DNA of 64,000 bases from Anaerolineae bacterium (GCA_034437735.1 DAOTTS010000118.1:7930-71929); one strand, 5' to 3'. Counted from the first letter of the stretch, positions 53,029 through 62,945 are shown. Notes: generated by a model not told the origin, from the letters alone. Numbers and translations are program-made.

Positions 53029-53898
53029 ATGGCTGAAGAGATTAAAATCGGTATCATCGGGGGTTCGGGTCTTTACAAGATGCAGGGCGTTGAGTTGGTA
53101 CGGGAGGTCTCGGTGGATACCCCCTTTGGCCCCCCCAGCGACGCCATTCTGGTCACCAAGATCGAAGGTATACCGGTGGCTTTTCTCTCGCGCCACGGTC
53201 GCGGCCACGTGCACGCCCCAACAGAAGTACCCTACCGCGCCAACATCTATGCGCTCAAGAAGATAGGCGTCAGCACGATTATTAGCGTATCTGCGTGCGG
53301 ATCACTCAGAGAGCATCTCAAGCCCGGTCACTTCGTGATACCCGATCAAGTCTTTGACTTCACAAACCAGAGAGCACGATCGTTCTTCGGCGACGGATGG
53401 GTGGCGCATATCTCTGTGGCGGATCCCTATTGCGCGACCCTCTCCTCGGAGGTCGCGGACGCCGTCGAGGAAGCGGGCGGCACGACCCATCGTGGCGGGC
53501 AGTTTATCACGATTGAGGGACCTCGATTTAGCACCAAGAGCGAAAGCCGCGTCTTCCGATCCTGGGGTATGGACATCATCGGCATGACAGCCAGCCCGGA
53601 GGTCTTCCTGGCCCGTGAAGCCGGCATCTGCTATGCGACCATTGCCCACATCACGGATTATGACGTCTGGCACGAAGCGGAGGATCCGGTCACGGTCGAG
53701 ATGGTAGTCCGGCAGCTACAGACGAACGTGAAGATCGCCCAGCAAGCAATTCGGGCTCTCGTGCCCGACCTTAATTTGCTGAACCTCGAGGCGTGCGAGT
53801 GCCGGAATGCGTTAAAGGACGCTTCGATCACGGATCCTGATAAGATCCCCGAAGAAACACAAAAGAAACTGGAGCTTCTGGCGCGGGGACAGGGATAG
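53029..53898 (+). CDS. mtnP: S-methyl-5'-thioadenosine phosphorylase (PNP/MTAP family)
   Basis: IGIIGGSGLY, MTASPE and hexameric MTAP-type motifs. Confidence 0.85.
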   Translation: MAEEIKIGIIGGSGLYKMQGVELVREVSVDTPFGPPSDAILVTKIEGIPVAFLSRHGRGHVHAPTEVPYRANIYALKKIGVSTIISVSACGSLREHLKPGHFVIPDQVFDFTNQRARSFFGDGWVAHISVADPYCATLSSEVADAVEEAGGTTHRGGQFITIEGPRFSTKSESRVFRSWGMDIIGMTASPEVFLAREAGICYATIAHITDYDVWHEAEDPVTVEMVVRQLQTNVKIAQQAIRALVPDLNLLNLEACECRNALKDASITDPDKIPEETQKKLELLARGQG

Positions 53899-54008
53899 CA
53901 ATTGTATGGCCTCAGTGAGCGCTTTACGCCTATATGAACGACGCTCATCCCATATACGCAAGGTGCCCACCCCTCTTGTGGATTTTGTTCGGTAACTGAC
54001 TGCGACCT

Positions 54009-56675
54009 ATGAGTACCCAACCTATTCGTCGACTTCGGCTTGTGTTGACCCAAGAAACGGCGGGCACCCTGATGATGGTTCTCGCCGCGCTCTTTGTGGT
54101 CAGCGGCGCCGTGACCCTTTACGTTGCCCCCTTCCCAACCAATCTCACCTTGGGCCACCTCATCGCCATGGTGAGCAGCTGGGGGATCGCGTGGGGTGGC
54201 AGCTATGCGATCCTGCGTTGGCAGTCACGGCGAGTTGACCCATTGATCCTGCCTATCGCCGCGTTCCTGACCGGTTGGGGACTTCTGCTGCAAGCCCGGT
54301 TGGCCCCCCCTTTTATGTTACGCCAGATCATCTGGCTGATACTGGGATGTACAGCGATGACCCTCCTGACGTTGACGAGGAAGCTATCCAGGTTCCTCCG
54401 CCGGTATCGCTATACGTTGCTGACAGCCGGAATTCTTCTGCTGGCAACGACGCTTGTCTTTGGCGTCAATCCATCCGGCTTCGGACAGCGACTCTGGTTG
54501 GGCCTCCGAGGTATCTACGTCCAACCGTCAGAGATCCTGAAGCTCCTCCTGGTTGTCTATCTGGCCGCTTACCTTTCGGAGAGACGGGATCTCATTCAGG
54601 CGGAGAGCGAGGGACAATCCCTCTGGCTGATCGTCCTCGGACCTATGCTGGCGATGGTGGGGTTGGCGCTGCTGCTGGTAGGATGGCAGCAGGATCTAGG
54701 GGCAGCCCTGCTATTTTATCTCACCTTCGCGACGATGATACAGTTGGCGTGGGGAAAGCCGGTCTATACACTCCTGAGCCTCCTGCTCTTCATCCCTGTG
54801 GTCGTGGCGGGGTATATCCTGTCGGCCCGGGTCGCCCACCGTATTAGCATCTGGCTCAACCCCTGGACGCCGGAACAGGCAGATCGAGCCTTTCAAATCC
54901 TGCAATCACTCTTTGCACTCGGGGCCGGCGGGCTCTTCGGCCAGGGGCTTGGGCAGGGGGTGCCCACGCTCATCCCGGCGGTTCACACCGATTTTGTCTT
55001 CTCCGCCCTCGTCGAGGAATTCGGATTGGTAGGAGGAATTGGCCTCATACTCGGTTTCGCAGCGTTAGCCCAGAGAGGGATCCGCCTCGCCCGTCGTTCA
55101 TCATCCACCTTCGAATCGTTATTGGCCGGTGGCTTAACAGCCCTCCTCTGCATTCAGAGCTGGGTCATTATCGGCGGCAACATCAAACTTATCCCAATCA
55201 CTGGCGTTACCTTGCCCTTTCTCAGTTACGGCGGATCATCCCTGTTGACGACGCTTATCGTGACCGGTATTCTGCTTAACCTTTCAGCCCCCCACCCGCC
55301 GCCCCTTAAACTGAGCCTTTCCCCCCAGACCAAGAATCCGCCTTCTCGCACGGTCGGACACCTCGGTCAGGGTTTGTTGGTGATGATGCTCAGCCTGGCT
55401 TTGATGAACGGCCTGTGGTCGGTAGGCCGTGCGAACTGGCTGAACAACTATCCCAGTAATCCCAGACCCATCCTTCAGGAAGCACGCATCCAACGGGGCG
55501 ACATCCTTGATCGAAACGGAACCGTCCTCGCGGGCATATACATGGGCCCGGCGGGTTACATCGAACGGACATATCCTGTCCCCGAGGCGGCCCCGGTGAT
55601 CGGATACACGAGCATAGAATACGGAACTGAGGGCGTTGAAGCCATCTGCGACCTCCGGCTGCGCGGGGATACTGACCGCACGGAATGGGAGCGAGCGGTC
55701 GATCGCATTCTCCACCGGGATCCCAGCGGGCAGAGCGTCCGTCTCACCGTGGATGCCGATCTCCAGGCTTTAGCTCAGGAACGCCTGCGCGGACTCGAGG
55801 GAGCTGCCGTCCTGATCGATGCCCGGACCGGTGAAATCCTGGCGTTAGCGTCCTCCCCGACGTACAATCCAGGCGCTGTAGCTGAGGATTGGGAGTCGCT
55901 CCGCAGCGCAGAGGACGCCCCCCTGCTCAATCGAGCGACACAGGGACTCACGCAGCCTGGTCTGATCCTCGCGCCGGCCATACTGGCGGAGGCCTGGGAT
56001 CAAGGGTATGCCGAGACACCCCCGGGGCCGATCAACGCGACGATCGCAGTCAATGGCGATGAGGTCGGATGTGTCAGCCGGCCCGCGACGACGAGCTGGC
56101 GGAGCGCCCTCACCTCCCAATGTCCGGCACCGTTCGCGCAGGTCGGCGCGGAGTTGGGGCAAGAGCGCATAACCGGCGCATTTGGGACCTGGGAGCTGTT
56201 GGATCCACCACAATTCGCGCTGCCCACGGTAGCGAGCGAGTACGAACCGACCTCGGCCGATGGGGCGACCGAGGCCATCGGCCAAGGCAACCTACTCATC
56301 ACGCCGCTTCAAGCGGTCCGGATCGCTGCAATCCTAGCCAATGAGGGCAAGATGCCGGCCCTTCAACTGATCAAAGAGCCATCAGATGGTTGCCGGCTCG
56401 GACAATCCTCCGGCGATCGACGGGTCATCACGCCCGATCGGGCGGAACAATTGCTGCGTCTCCTTCCCGAACACGGTCAAAGCGTCGGGCTTTCAGAATA
56501 TGCATTGGCCGGATCCAATCGGGTGCAAAATTGGTTTCTGGGCTTGAATTCGGAACGTGTTCCCCGTTATGCCGTTGCCGTCCTGGTCAGCCGGACGAGA
56601 CGCAGTGATGAAGCGAAAGAGATCGGTCAAATACTGCTTCAACAGGTCGTTGGGCTGCCCGAGACGAATTCGTAA
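54009..56675 (+). CDS. SEDS (FtsW/RodA) glycosyltransferase fused to a class-B PBP-like periplasmic domain with degenerate active site
   Basis: The N-terminal 430 aa hold about 10 TM helices with SEDS motifs. The C-terminal domain matches the bPBP dimerisation and transpeptidase fold (GEILALASSPTYNPG), but PGSTFK is replaced by PGLILA (no Ser, no Lys) and no KTG triad is found. Confidence 0.7.
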   Translation: MSTQPIRRLRLVLTQETAGTLMMVLAALFVVSGAVTLYVAPFPTNLTLGHLIAMVSSWGIAWGGSYAILRWQSRRVDPLILPIAAFLTGWGLLLQARLAPPFMLRQIIWLILGCTAMTLLTLTRKLSRFLRRYRYTLLTAGILLLATTLVFGVNPSGFGQRLWLGLRGIYVQPSEILKLLLVVYLAAYLSERRDLIQAESEGQSLWLIVLGPMLAMVGLALLLVGWQQDLGAALLFYLTFATMIQLAWGKPVYTLLSLLLFIPVVVAGYILSARVAHRISIWLNPWTPEQADRAFQILQSLFALGAGGLFGQGLGQGVPTLIPAVHTDFVFSALVEEFGLVGGIGLILGFAALAQRGIRLARRSSSTFESLLAGGLTALLCIQSWVIIGGNIKLIPITGVTLPFLSYGGSSLLTTLIVTGILLNLSAPHPPPLKLSLSPQTKNPPSRTVGHLGQGLLVMMLSLALMNGLWSVGRANWLNNYPSNPRPILQEARIQRGDILDRNGTVLAGIYMGPAGYIERTYPVPEAAPVIGYTSIEYGTEGVEAICDLRLRGDTDRTEWERAVDRILHRDPSGQSVRLTVDADLQALAQERLRGLEGAAVLIDARTGEILALASSPTYNPGAVAEDWESLRSAEDAPLLNRATQGLTQPGLILAPAILAEAWDQGYAETPPGPINATIAVNGDEVGCVSRPATTSWRSALTSQCPAPFAQVGAELGQERITGAFGTWELLDPPQFALPTVASEYEPTSADGATEAIGQGNLLITPLQAVRIAAILANEGKMPALQLIKEPSDGCRLGQSSGDRRVITPDRAEQLLRLLPEHGQSVGLSEYALAGSNRVQNWFLGLNSERVPRYAVAVLVSRTRRSDEAKEIGQILLQQVVGLPETNS

Positions 56676-56872
56676 CCTTCCCTTAACGGTTTCAGACGGT
56701 CATTTTCTAACCATAGGCCCATTTTGGTTTGACAAACTTGGCAGTTTGATTATGATTAGAGTATAAGATATACGCCTATTCAAGAAACAACCAGGGCGAT
56801 CGATTGAGTCGATAACACGTTAGGGACATTCCAAATAGTGCTGGGATCCTTATACCCCCCGAGGAGCTCGAG

Positions 56873-57574
56873 ATGACCGAAACGATTCTTCTGATTGAGG
56901 ACGACGAGGCACTGGCGCAACTGGTTCAGTTGCTGCTGGAGCGCGCCGGATATGAGGTGGTTGCAACGAATAACGGTGAGCAAGGCCTGGAAGTGGCCCG
57001 CAACGAACCACCGAGTCTAGTTCTGTTGGACATCTTGATGCCGGATATGGATGGCTGGCACGTATACGAAGCGCTTCGGCGTCTGACCGATGCACCGATA
57101 CTCTTCCTGACGGCCCTGGGAGACGAGCACAACATCACCTATGGCCTGGGGTTAGGCGCGGATGACTACATCGTGAAGCCTTTTGGCTACAAGGAGCTGG
57201 TCACCCGCGTGAAGGCCGCCCTCGCCCGAGCACGGCGTACGCGCGGAGAGCAGATGACCTTCGAGACCGGAAATATGCAGGTTAACCTGGATACCCACGA
57301 CGTCAAGATTGAGGACCGGACCGTCAGCTTGACACCCACCGAGTTTGATCTGCTATCCGCCCTGATCCAGGATGCCGGTCGCACCGTAAGCCATGATACC
57401 CTGCTCCGCCGAGTCTGGGGGCCCGAGTATTCCAATCGACGCGATTACCTGAAGCTTTACATCTGGTATCTGCGTCAAAAGATTGAGTCGGATCCCAAAA
57501 ACCCAACCCGCATCCTCAGTGAGCGCGGACAAGGATATCGCTTAGTGGTGGAGCCTCAAGAGGCGCAAGCATGA
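56873..57574 (+). CDS. OmpR/PhoB-family response regulator
   Basis: Receiver domain with DD, D (LLDILMPDMDG) and K. Winged-helix output domain. No histidine kinase gene adjacent. Confidence 0.9.
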   Translation: MTETILLIEDDEALAQLVQLLLERAGYEVVATNNGEQGLEVARNEPPSLVLLDILMPDMDGWHVYEALRRLTDAPILFLTALGDEHNITYGLGLGADDYIVKPFGYKELVTRVKAALARARRTRGEQMTFETGNMQVNLDTHDVKIEDRTVSLTPTEFDLLSALIQDAGRTVSHDTLLRRVWGPEYSNRRDYLKLYIWYLRQKIESDPKNPTRILSERGQGYRLVVEPQEAQA

Positions 57575-57673
57575 GATAGCCAGACATTCGTCTCTCCCTA
57601 CCCGGATTTTTCAAGGACCCGTTGAACAGCGCTTATAGACCGCTTTGAGCGCGAACCATATGGAGGCTGAATC

Positions 57674-60175
57674 GTGCTGGCGTTTGAACTCCTCCAGCGC
57701 AACCGTGGATGGAGCTTTGATTTTCTCTCCGCTCTTATCGGGGCGCTCTTTGCCTGGCTACTCGCCGCGTTACTCTACGCCTATCGAAAGAAGATCAAGC
57801 AGGCTTTTGAGAAGCTATGGGCGCCTATTGCCGCCTGGCGGCGGCGCGTCCGAGCCAGCCAGGAAGAAAAATACCTCCGAGCCCTTAAACCGAGGCTTTC
57901 ATCGCTTCTCTTCCTCGAGCCATCCGACCCGAACCTCCTGTTCTGTCCCCCCGCTTTTGAGGCGGTGCCTGCCCTCCCCGCAACCATCCAACAGAGCCGG
58001 GATATCCCTCAGACAATTGAGGTTCCGTACCGAAATCTATTTCTGGGTCATAATCGCGTCGTAGTGACCGGACCCCAGGACTCGGGGCGGACGATGACGA
58101 TGGCTGTGACGGCATGGCAAGCCTATGGGCCCTCAGAGAATGATCAACAGGAAAACCTTGGCCGGTTGCCGATATGGATCGACTTGGCTCGGCTGGATCA
58201 GCTCGAACGGGATCCGGAGGCCGATCCAGCCGAGCAGATTGCGCAGTTGGCCATCCTCTTTATGCCTCAGTTGTTAACCAAGTGGATCGTCCGGCACCTG
58301 ACAGATGAGCCGTGCCTCATTCTTCTTGATAACTGGTCTGCGCTCTCGGAGGAGGATCAACAACAGGTCGCAGCATGGATTGAGACCGCGGCGGAAAGCT
58401 TCGAGGATCCCTTCTGGCTGGTTGCCGCAGACGAAACAGGATATGGCGCCCTGACCAAGATTGGATTTGTTACCTCGAGAATCCAGCCGCAACCTGATGA
58501 TTTGTGGCTGAGGAAGGTGATCGACGGATGGACGGAGATTTACGCTGAGAACCTAAAGACAGACATACAGACAGACATACAGACAGACACACAGACAGAT
58601 ACCGAAGAAGCGTCAATATCGGGCCCGGAAACCCCAGAGCTTTTTGACACCTTGCACGAGGCCCTGGAAAATCGAGCCCCCCTCTGGGAGTTTCATCTGC
58701 GGACGGCACTCTTTCTCCGAACCCAGACCATAACCGAACATCCCAAAGATACCATCGAGCAGTGGATTGAGGAAGAAATCCCCCTGCCTACCCTGGGAGA
58801 TGAAGAGGAAGACCGCATATCAGAGGAGCTCGCCCGGCAGTTAGCCCGCGAAGTTCTGCTTGAGTTTGCACGGAGACAGCGACTGGAGCAAGAGACGCTT
58901 GACACGCGTGGGATGCGGGAACTCGTCGAATCCTATCTCCCAGATGAGGAGGAACGGCACGCCAAGCTCGAATCCACCGTACAGCGGCTCCTCGTTGATG
59001 CGACCTTCTTGAAACGACGGTCGGATAGAACGTGGGCGTTCAGTCATCCAATATGGACCGATTACTTCACCGCCTGCCACCTTCTTGACACCGAGGATGG
59101 ATATGACGTCGTTCTCGACCATCTTTTCGATCCCACGTGGTCGAGAATTGTGAGCTTCTTCGCGACACAAGCGGATGCCTTGGACCTCGTCAGAGAGTTG
59201 TTGAGCCCGAGACGGAGGGAGCCTAAAGTGCCTCGCCTTCTTAGGGCGACGTCTTGGGCAGTCGACACGCCAACCGAAACCCCATGGCGGCGAACTCTGA
59301 TGAAAGCCTTGGCCCAAAGTTTTATGAACAAAGCGTCGGACTTGGCGGATCGTTTGATCGTAGGGCGCGCCCTGGTCCAAGTCGTGGGGCGAAGTGCCCG
59401 CGCTTTTTTTCTGAAGATGCTGCAACAGCCATCCCTCGACGTTCGCATTGCGGCCATTCGCGGGCTCGGATGGTGTGGCAATCCTCAGGATATGCGGATC
59501 TTGGGAGCTGCCCTCCGAGATGAGAACCAGGATCTACGAAGTGCTGCCGTGCGGTCGCTCCGGGATATGGGGACACCTGGAGCAACCACGTTCCTCGGCG
59601 AGAGCCTCGATCAAGTCGATGAGGCCTTGATGCTCGTGATCGCCGACGCCCTGGCGGAGTTACCGGAAGGACCGCAGGCCCTCATCGATGCAGCCGACCA
59701 TCCCGACCTTCTCGTTCGGCGTGCGGTCGCACAGGGACTTGGGAATATTGATCAGGAGTGGGCCGAGAAAAAGCTGGTTGAGATGATAAAGCAGGATCCT
59801 GAGTGGCTGGTTCGATCGGCCGCGGAATCAGCACTCGAGGCAAAAGAGGATCAGAAAGCCCAGCAGGCCACGATCCCAGCCCCTCCCAAGATCGATGAAA
59901 TCGAATGGTTGATGACGTGGGCGGCAGAACAGGGGATGGGCCTCGGCGTGGGTGAAGCTGCCATCGACACGTTGGTCTTGGCCGCGCAAGAGGGGCGGGA
60001 TGACGTCAAGGTACTTAGCGCATTGACCCTTGCCAGGATCGGTGACGAATCCCACATTGCCATCCTGGAAGCAATGCTTGAGGGAAGCGCTGCCTCCGTT
60101 CAAGTTGTCGCGACGCAGGGATTACAGGAGCTTCGGCGGCGATATCCTCATCGAGCTTTAGAAGCGGAAGAGTGA
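57674..60175 (+). CDS. membrane-anchored P-loop NTPase-like / HEAT-repeat (PBS lyase-type) protein
   Basis: N-terminal TM helix. Walker-A-like GPQDSGRT (Lys to Arg) and Walker-B-like LILLDNW. Several C-terminal HEAT repeats (DVRIAAIRGLGW, DLRSAAVRSLRDMG, LLVRRAVAQGLGN). GTG start with GGAGG RBS. Confidence 0.6.
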   Translation: MLAFELLQRNRGWSFDFLSALIGALFAWLLAALLYAYRKKIKQAFEKLWAPIAAWRRRVRASQEEKYLRALKPRLSSLLFLEPSDPNLLFCPPAFEAVPALPATIQQSRDIPQTIEVPYRNLFLGHNRVVVTGPQDSGRTMTMAVTAWQAYGPSENDQQENLGRLPIWIDLARLDQLERDPEADPAEQIAQLAILFMPQLLTKWIVRHLTDEPCLILLDNWSALSEEDQQQVAAWIETAAESFEDPFWLVAADETGYGALTKIGFVTSRIQPQPDDLWLRKVIDGWTEIYAENLKTDIQTDIQTDTQTDTEEASISGPETPELFDTLHEALENRAPLWEFHLRTALFLRTQTITEHPKDTIEQWIEEEIPLPTLGDEEEDRISEELARQLAREVLLEFARRQRLEQETLDTRGMRELVESYLPDEEERHAKLESTVQRLLVDATFLKRRSDRTWAFSHPIWTDYFTACHLLDTEDGYDVVLDHLFDPTWSRIVSFFATQADALDLVRELLSPRRREPKVPRLLRATSWAVDTPTETPWRRTLMKALAQSFMNKASDLADRLIVGRALVQVVGRSARAFFLKMLQQPSLDVRIAAIRGLGWCGNPQDMRILGAALRDENQDLRSAAVRSLRDMGTPGATTFLGESLDQVDEALMLVIADALAELPEGPQALIDAADHPDLLVRRAVAQGLGNIDQEWAEKKLVEMIKQDPEWLVRSAAESALEAKEDQKAQQATIPAPPKIDEIEWLMTWAAEQGMGLGVGEAAIDTLVLAAQEGRDDVKVLSALTLARIGDESHIAILEAMLEGSAASVQVVATQGLQELRRRYPHRALEAEE
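58557..58603 (+). repeat. in-frame 12-bp tandem repeat AGACAGACATAC x about 4 (encodes TDIQTDIQTDTQTDT)
   Basis: Direct tandem copies with single-base variants inside the HEAT-repeat protein gene. Confidence 0.7.
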
Positions 60176-60181
60176 CAGAGG

Positions 60182-60979
60182 CTAAGACTCAGGCTGCCAG
60201 GCGACCTCGCGTCCATCACCCAGCAGAAGCTCTCGCGTGAGGGCAAGGTATGCCATCGCGCCGCTGGAACGGGGCGCATAGAGAACCCCCGGTTCACCAT
60301 AACTCGGCGCCTCGCTCAACCTGACGCTACGCGGAATGACCGTGTCGAACACGTGATCCGTATAGTGTCCCTTAACCTCTTGAATCACCTCCTTGGATAG
60401 GGTCGTCCGGGCGTCGGACATCGTCAGCACCAGACCACGAAGGGAGAGGCTTGGGTTGAGCCCACGCTTGACCAGCTGGATCGTGCGCATAAGCTGCGAC
60501 AAGCCTTCGAGAGCGAGATATTCACACTGCACGGGCACCACCACGGCGTGGGCTGCGACCAGGGCGTTGACGGTCAATATCCCCAAACTGGGAGGAGAGT
60601 CGATCAGGACGTATGCGTACGCCTCTAGGAGTGCCGACAACGTCTGTCGCAAGCGCTGAACCCGTTGAACGGGCAAGAGCTGATTGAGCTCCACAGCGAC
60701 CCCGGCCACCGAAGGCGTACTGGGGAGGAGGTCGAGGCGATCCCAGTCCGTGGAAAGGACGGCATCCTGAGCAGCAAGCTCTTCCAAAAGCACCTCGTAG
60801 ATCGAGGTCTCCAACGTCCGCGCATCAAATCCCAAGCTCGTAGTCGCGTTACTCTGCGGATCGACGTCGATCACCAAAACGTTGTATCCCCAATCAGCCA
60901 TGACGGCTCCGACATTGACCACCGTCGTCGTCTTGCCGACACCACCCTTCTGATTCGCAAACGCGTAACAAGTAGTCAA
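60182..60979 (-). CDS. parA: ParA/Soj-family ATPase
   Basis: Deviant Walker A KGGVGKTT. TTG start. No parB gene adjacent. Confidence 0.8.
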   Translation of the reverse strand: MTTCYAFANQKGGVGKTTTVVNVGAVMADWGYNVLVIDVDPQSNATTSLGFDARTLETSIYEVLLEELAAQDAVLSTDWDRLDLLPSTPSVAGVAVELNQLLPVQRVQRLRQTLSALLEAYAYVLIDSPPSLGILTVNALVAAHAVVVPVQCEYLALEGLSQLMRTIQLVKRGLNPSLSLRGLVLTMSDARTTLSKEVIQEVKGHYTDHVFDTVIPRSVRLSEAPSYGEPGVLYAPRSSGAMAYLALTRELLLGDGREVAWQPES

Positions 60980-61031
60980 CGCTCAATCCCTCACATCGAA
61001 GTTGGAGAACAACGAACCTTAATCAATCGTA

Positions 61032-61826
61032 TCACGACCAGGTCTCCGCGCAAATCCGAATCTCGTCAGATCGCGGCATCGAGGCTAACCCTCGACGGGA
61101 CACCGAGTGCGCAGCGACACACGAGGCAAACCGAACTGCAACGTCAGGCGCATGCCCCGCTGCGACCTGGGTGAAAAAGCAGGTGGCGAAGATATCCCCG
61201 GCACCGGTGGGATCCACCTCCTGGACCGTAGGCGCCGAAAAATTTGAGGATCGTCCAGACTCAAAGAGAACACCGCCGAGCCATCCCTGGGTCACGACCA
61301 GTAATTCGGTCTGTTGAGCGTAGGTATCGATCAACGACCAGTTATGTCCCACGTCCTCCAGGCTCAACACAACAGCCGAGGCACGAGCGAGCCAGTTACC
61401 TGCACCTTTCCATTCCCGGGGATGAATCCGCCCGGATGCATCTCGGACGCGCAACCATCCCTGAGGCGTGACACCCAGAAAGGTATTGGGGCCAAAAGCT
61501 CCCTGCAAATCTGGGAGACACTCGTGCAAAATAGGGCCGATATGGGCGATCGTTGGTTCGCGCCAAGCATGAGGTAAATGCGCAGCCGTTATAGGCTCCG
61601 CAAATGCGTAGGCGACCTGCGTCCGGTTCCCATCCCAGTATTGGTTTTCAAACGTCGTAGTTGAGTCGGCGGGGATGCGAACGACGTCGACGCGATCGCG
61701 CAAAACGGACAAATCGCATGAGGCCGACGCACTCGTCAGGATCCCCGTATCGTGTCCCAAAGCCGACGCCGTGACCGCCGCATAAGAGACCGTCCCCCCC
61801 AACACGGGAGCCTCAGCATGGGGCAA
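61032..61826 (-). CDS. PfkB-family carbohydrate kinase; N-terminus lacks a canonical start codon (possible CTG start at 61874 or truncation)
   Basis: DPTGAGD motif. The conserved N-terminal block DYLVVGHITHDLL lies upstream of the first TTG in the same frame. There is no ATG or GTG between the TAG at 61890 and that TTG. Confidence 0.65.
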   Translation of the reverse strand: MPHAEAPVLGGTVSYAAVTASALGHDTGILTSASASCDLSVLRDRVDVVRIPADSTTTFENQYWDGNRTQVAYAFAEPITAAHLPHAWREPTIAHIGPILHECLPDLQGAFGPNTFLGVTPQGWLRVRDASGRIHPREWKGAGNWLARASAVVLSLEDVGHNWSLIDTYAQQTELLVVTQGWLGGVLFESGRSSNFSAPTVQEVDPTGAGDIFATCFFTQVAAGHAPDVAVRFASCVAAHSVSRRGLASMPRSDEIRICAETWS

Positions 61827-61889
61827 CAGGTCGTGTGTAATGTGACCAACGACGAGATAATCGACCGTCCTCAGCGCGCGTCGTCCCCT

Positions 61890-62831
61890 CTAGCTGGAGG
61901 AGTCCGCACCCTGCGGAATAATCGTAACCGATCGGCTGCGTCCCCGTCCTACACTCTCGGTCGTGACGCGATCATCCCGGCGCAGCGTGATATGAACGAT
62001 CCGGCGCTCGTGGGCGGGCATCGACCGCATGCGGACGGTCTTCCCAGTCTCAATCGCCTTTTTCGCTTGCCGTTTAGCCAAGTCCTCCAGGCTCCGCCGC
62101 CGGCGTTTGCGGTAGGCATCCGCATCGACGACGAGGTTATACTCACCGTCCAATCGATGGTAAGTCAATGCCCGGAAGAGATACTGAAGGGAATGAAGGG
62201 TTCGGGATCGCGATCCAACCAGAGCGCTCGCGTCTTTGCCGTCAATGGCCACCCACAGCGTTGGACGGTCCTCCTGTAACCATTCAAGGTTAACGTCGAC
62301 GTCCAAATCCTGCAGGAGACCCGCCGCCACATCTCGAACGACCGCTTCCAACTCAGACCGTTTAACACCGCCGACGACCTCAGGCATAGAAGGCTCTTGC
62401 TCCGGTTGGGCTGCCTTGTCGGGCTTCCTGGTATCGTCCGGCGTAGGTTGGCTAGGCTTAGGGGGCTCCGGCTTCTGTGAAACCTGAGGCTTCTGCTTAC
62501 CCTCTACCGGCTCGCTGGAGACGCGCGGCTGCTCATCCGCCTCAATCTGCACATCGGGGGCATGGTCTGACGGCCCTGAGTCAGGTTCTAGTTCTGCAAT
62601 ATCTTGAGGCGGTTCAGAGGGTGCTGACTCCCTGGATTGACGTTCCTCTTCGGTTAAACGCCTAACCCGCACTCGCGCCTCCCGGGCACCCAATCCCAGG
62701 AATCCACGACTCCCTTCATCCAGAACCTCAATATCCACTTCATCACGAAGAGCCGTGAGTTTGATCAAACCCAAACTAACGGCTTCATCAACAGAAGGAG
62801 CTGAGACGACAACAGAATCCTCGGAACTCAT
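61890..62831 (-). CDS. khpB: Jag/KhpB RNA-binding protein (Jag_N, KH, R3H) with low-complexity acidic/Pro linker
   Basis: N-terminal Jag_N (VSAPSVDEAVSLGL). C-terminal KH and R3H (HERRIVHITL). RBS GAGGAGG. Confidence 0.8.
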   Translation of the reverse strand: MSSEDSVVVSAPSVDEAVSLGLIKLTALRDEVDIEVLDEGSRGFLGLGAREARVRVRRLTEEERQSRESAPSEPPQDIAELEPDSGPSDHAPDVQIEADEQPRVSSEPVEGKQKPQVSQKPEPPKPSQPTPDDTRKPDKAAQPEQEPSMPEVVGGVKRSELEAVVRDVAAGLLQDLDVDVNLEWLQEDRPTLWVAIDGKDASALVGSRSRTLHSLQYLFRALTYHRLDGEYNLVVDADAYRKRRRRSLEDLAKRQAKKAIETGKTVRMRSMPAHERRIVHITLRRDDRVTTESVGRGRSRSVTIIPQGADSSS

Positions 62832-62945
62832 CAGTCAAATCCTCCTCAATAAAATCAATGGTACCAATGCTAGGCAGCTCAGATGTTAAAATAACGCTGT
62901 CTAGTACTTGCGGTTTATCAACGTCTCGCCAATAACTCAAACGCA

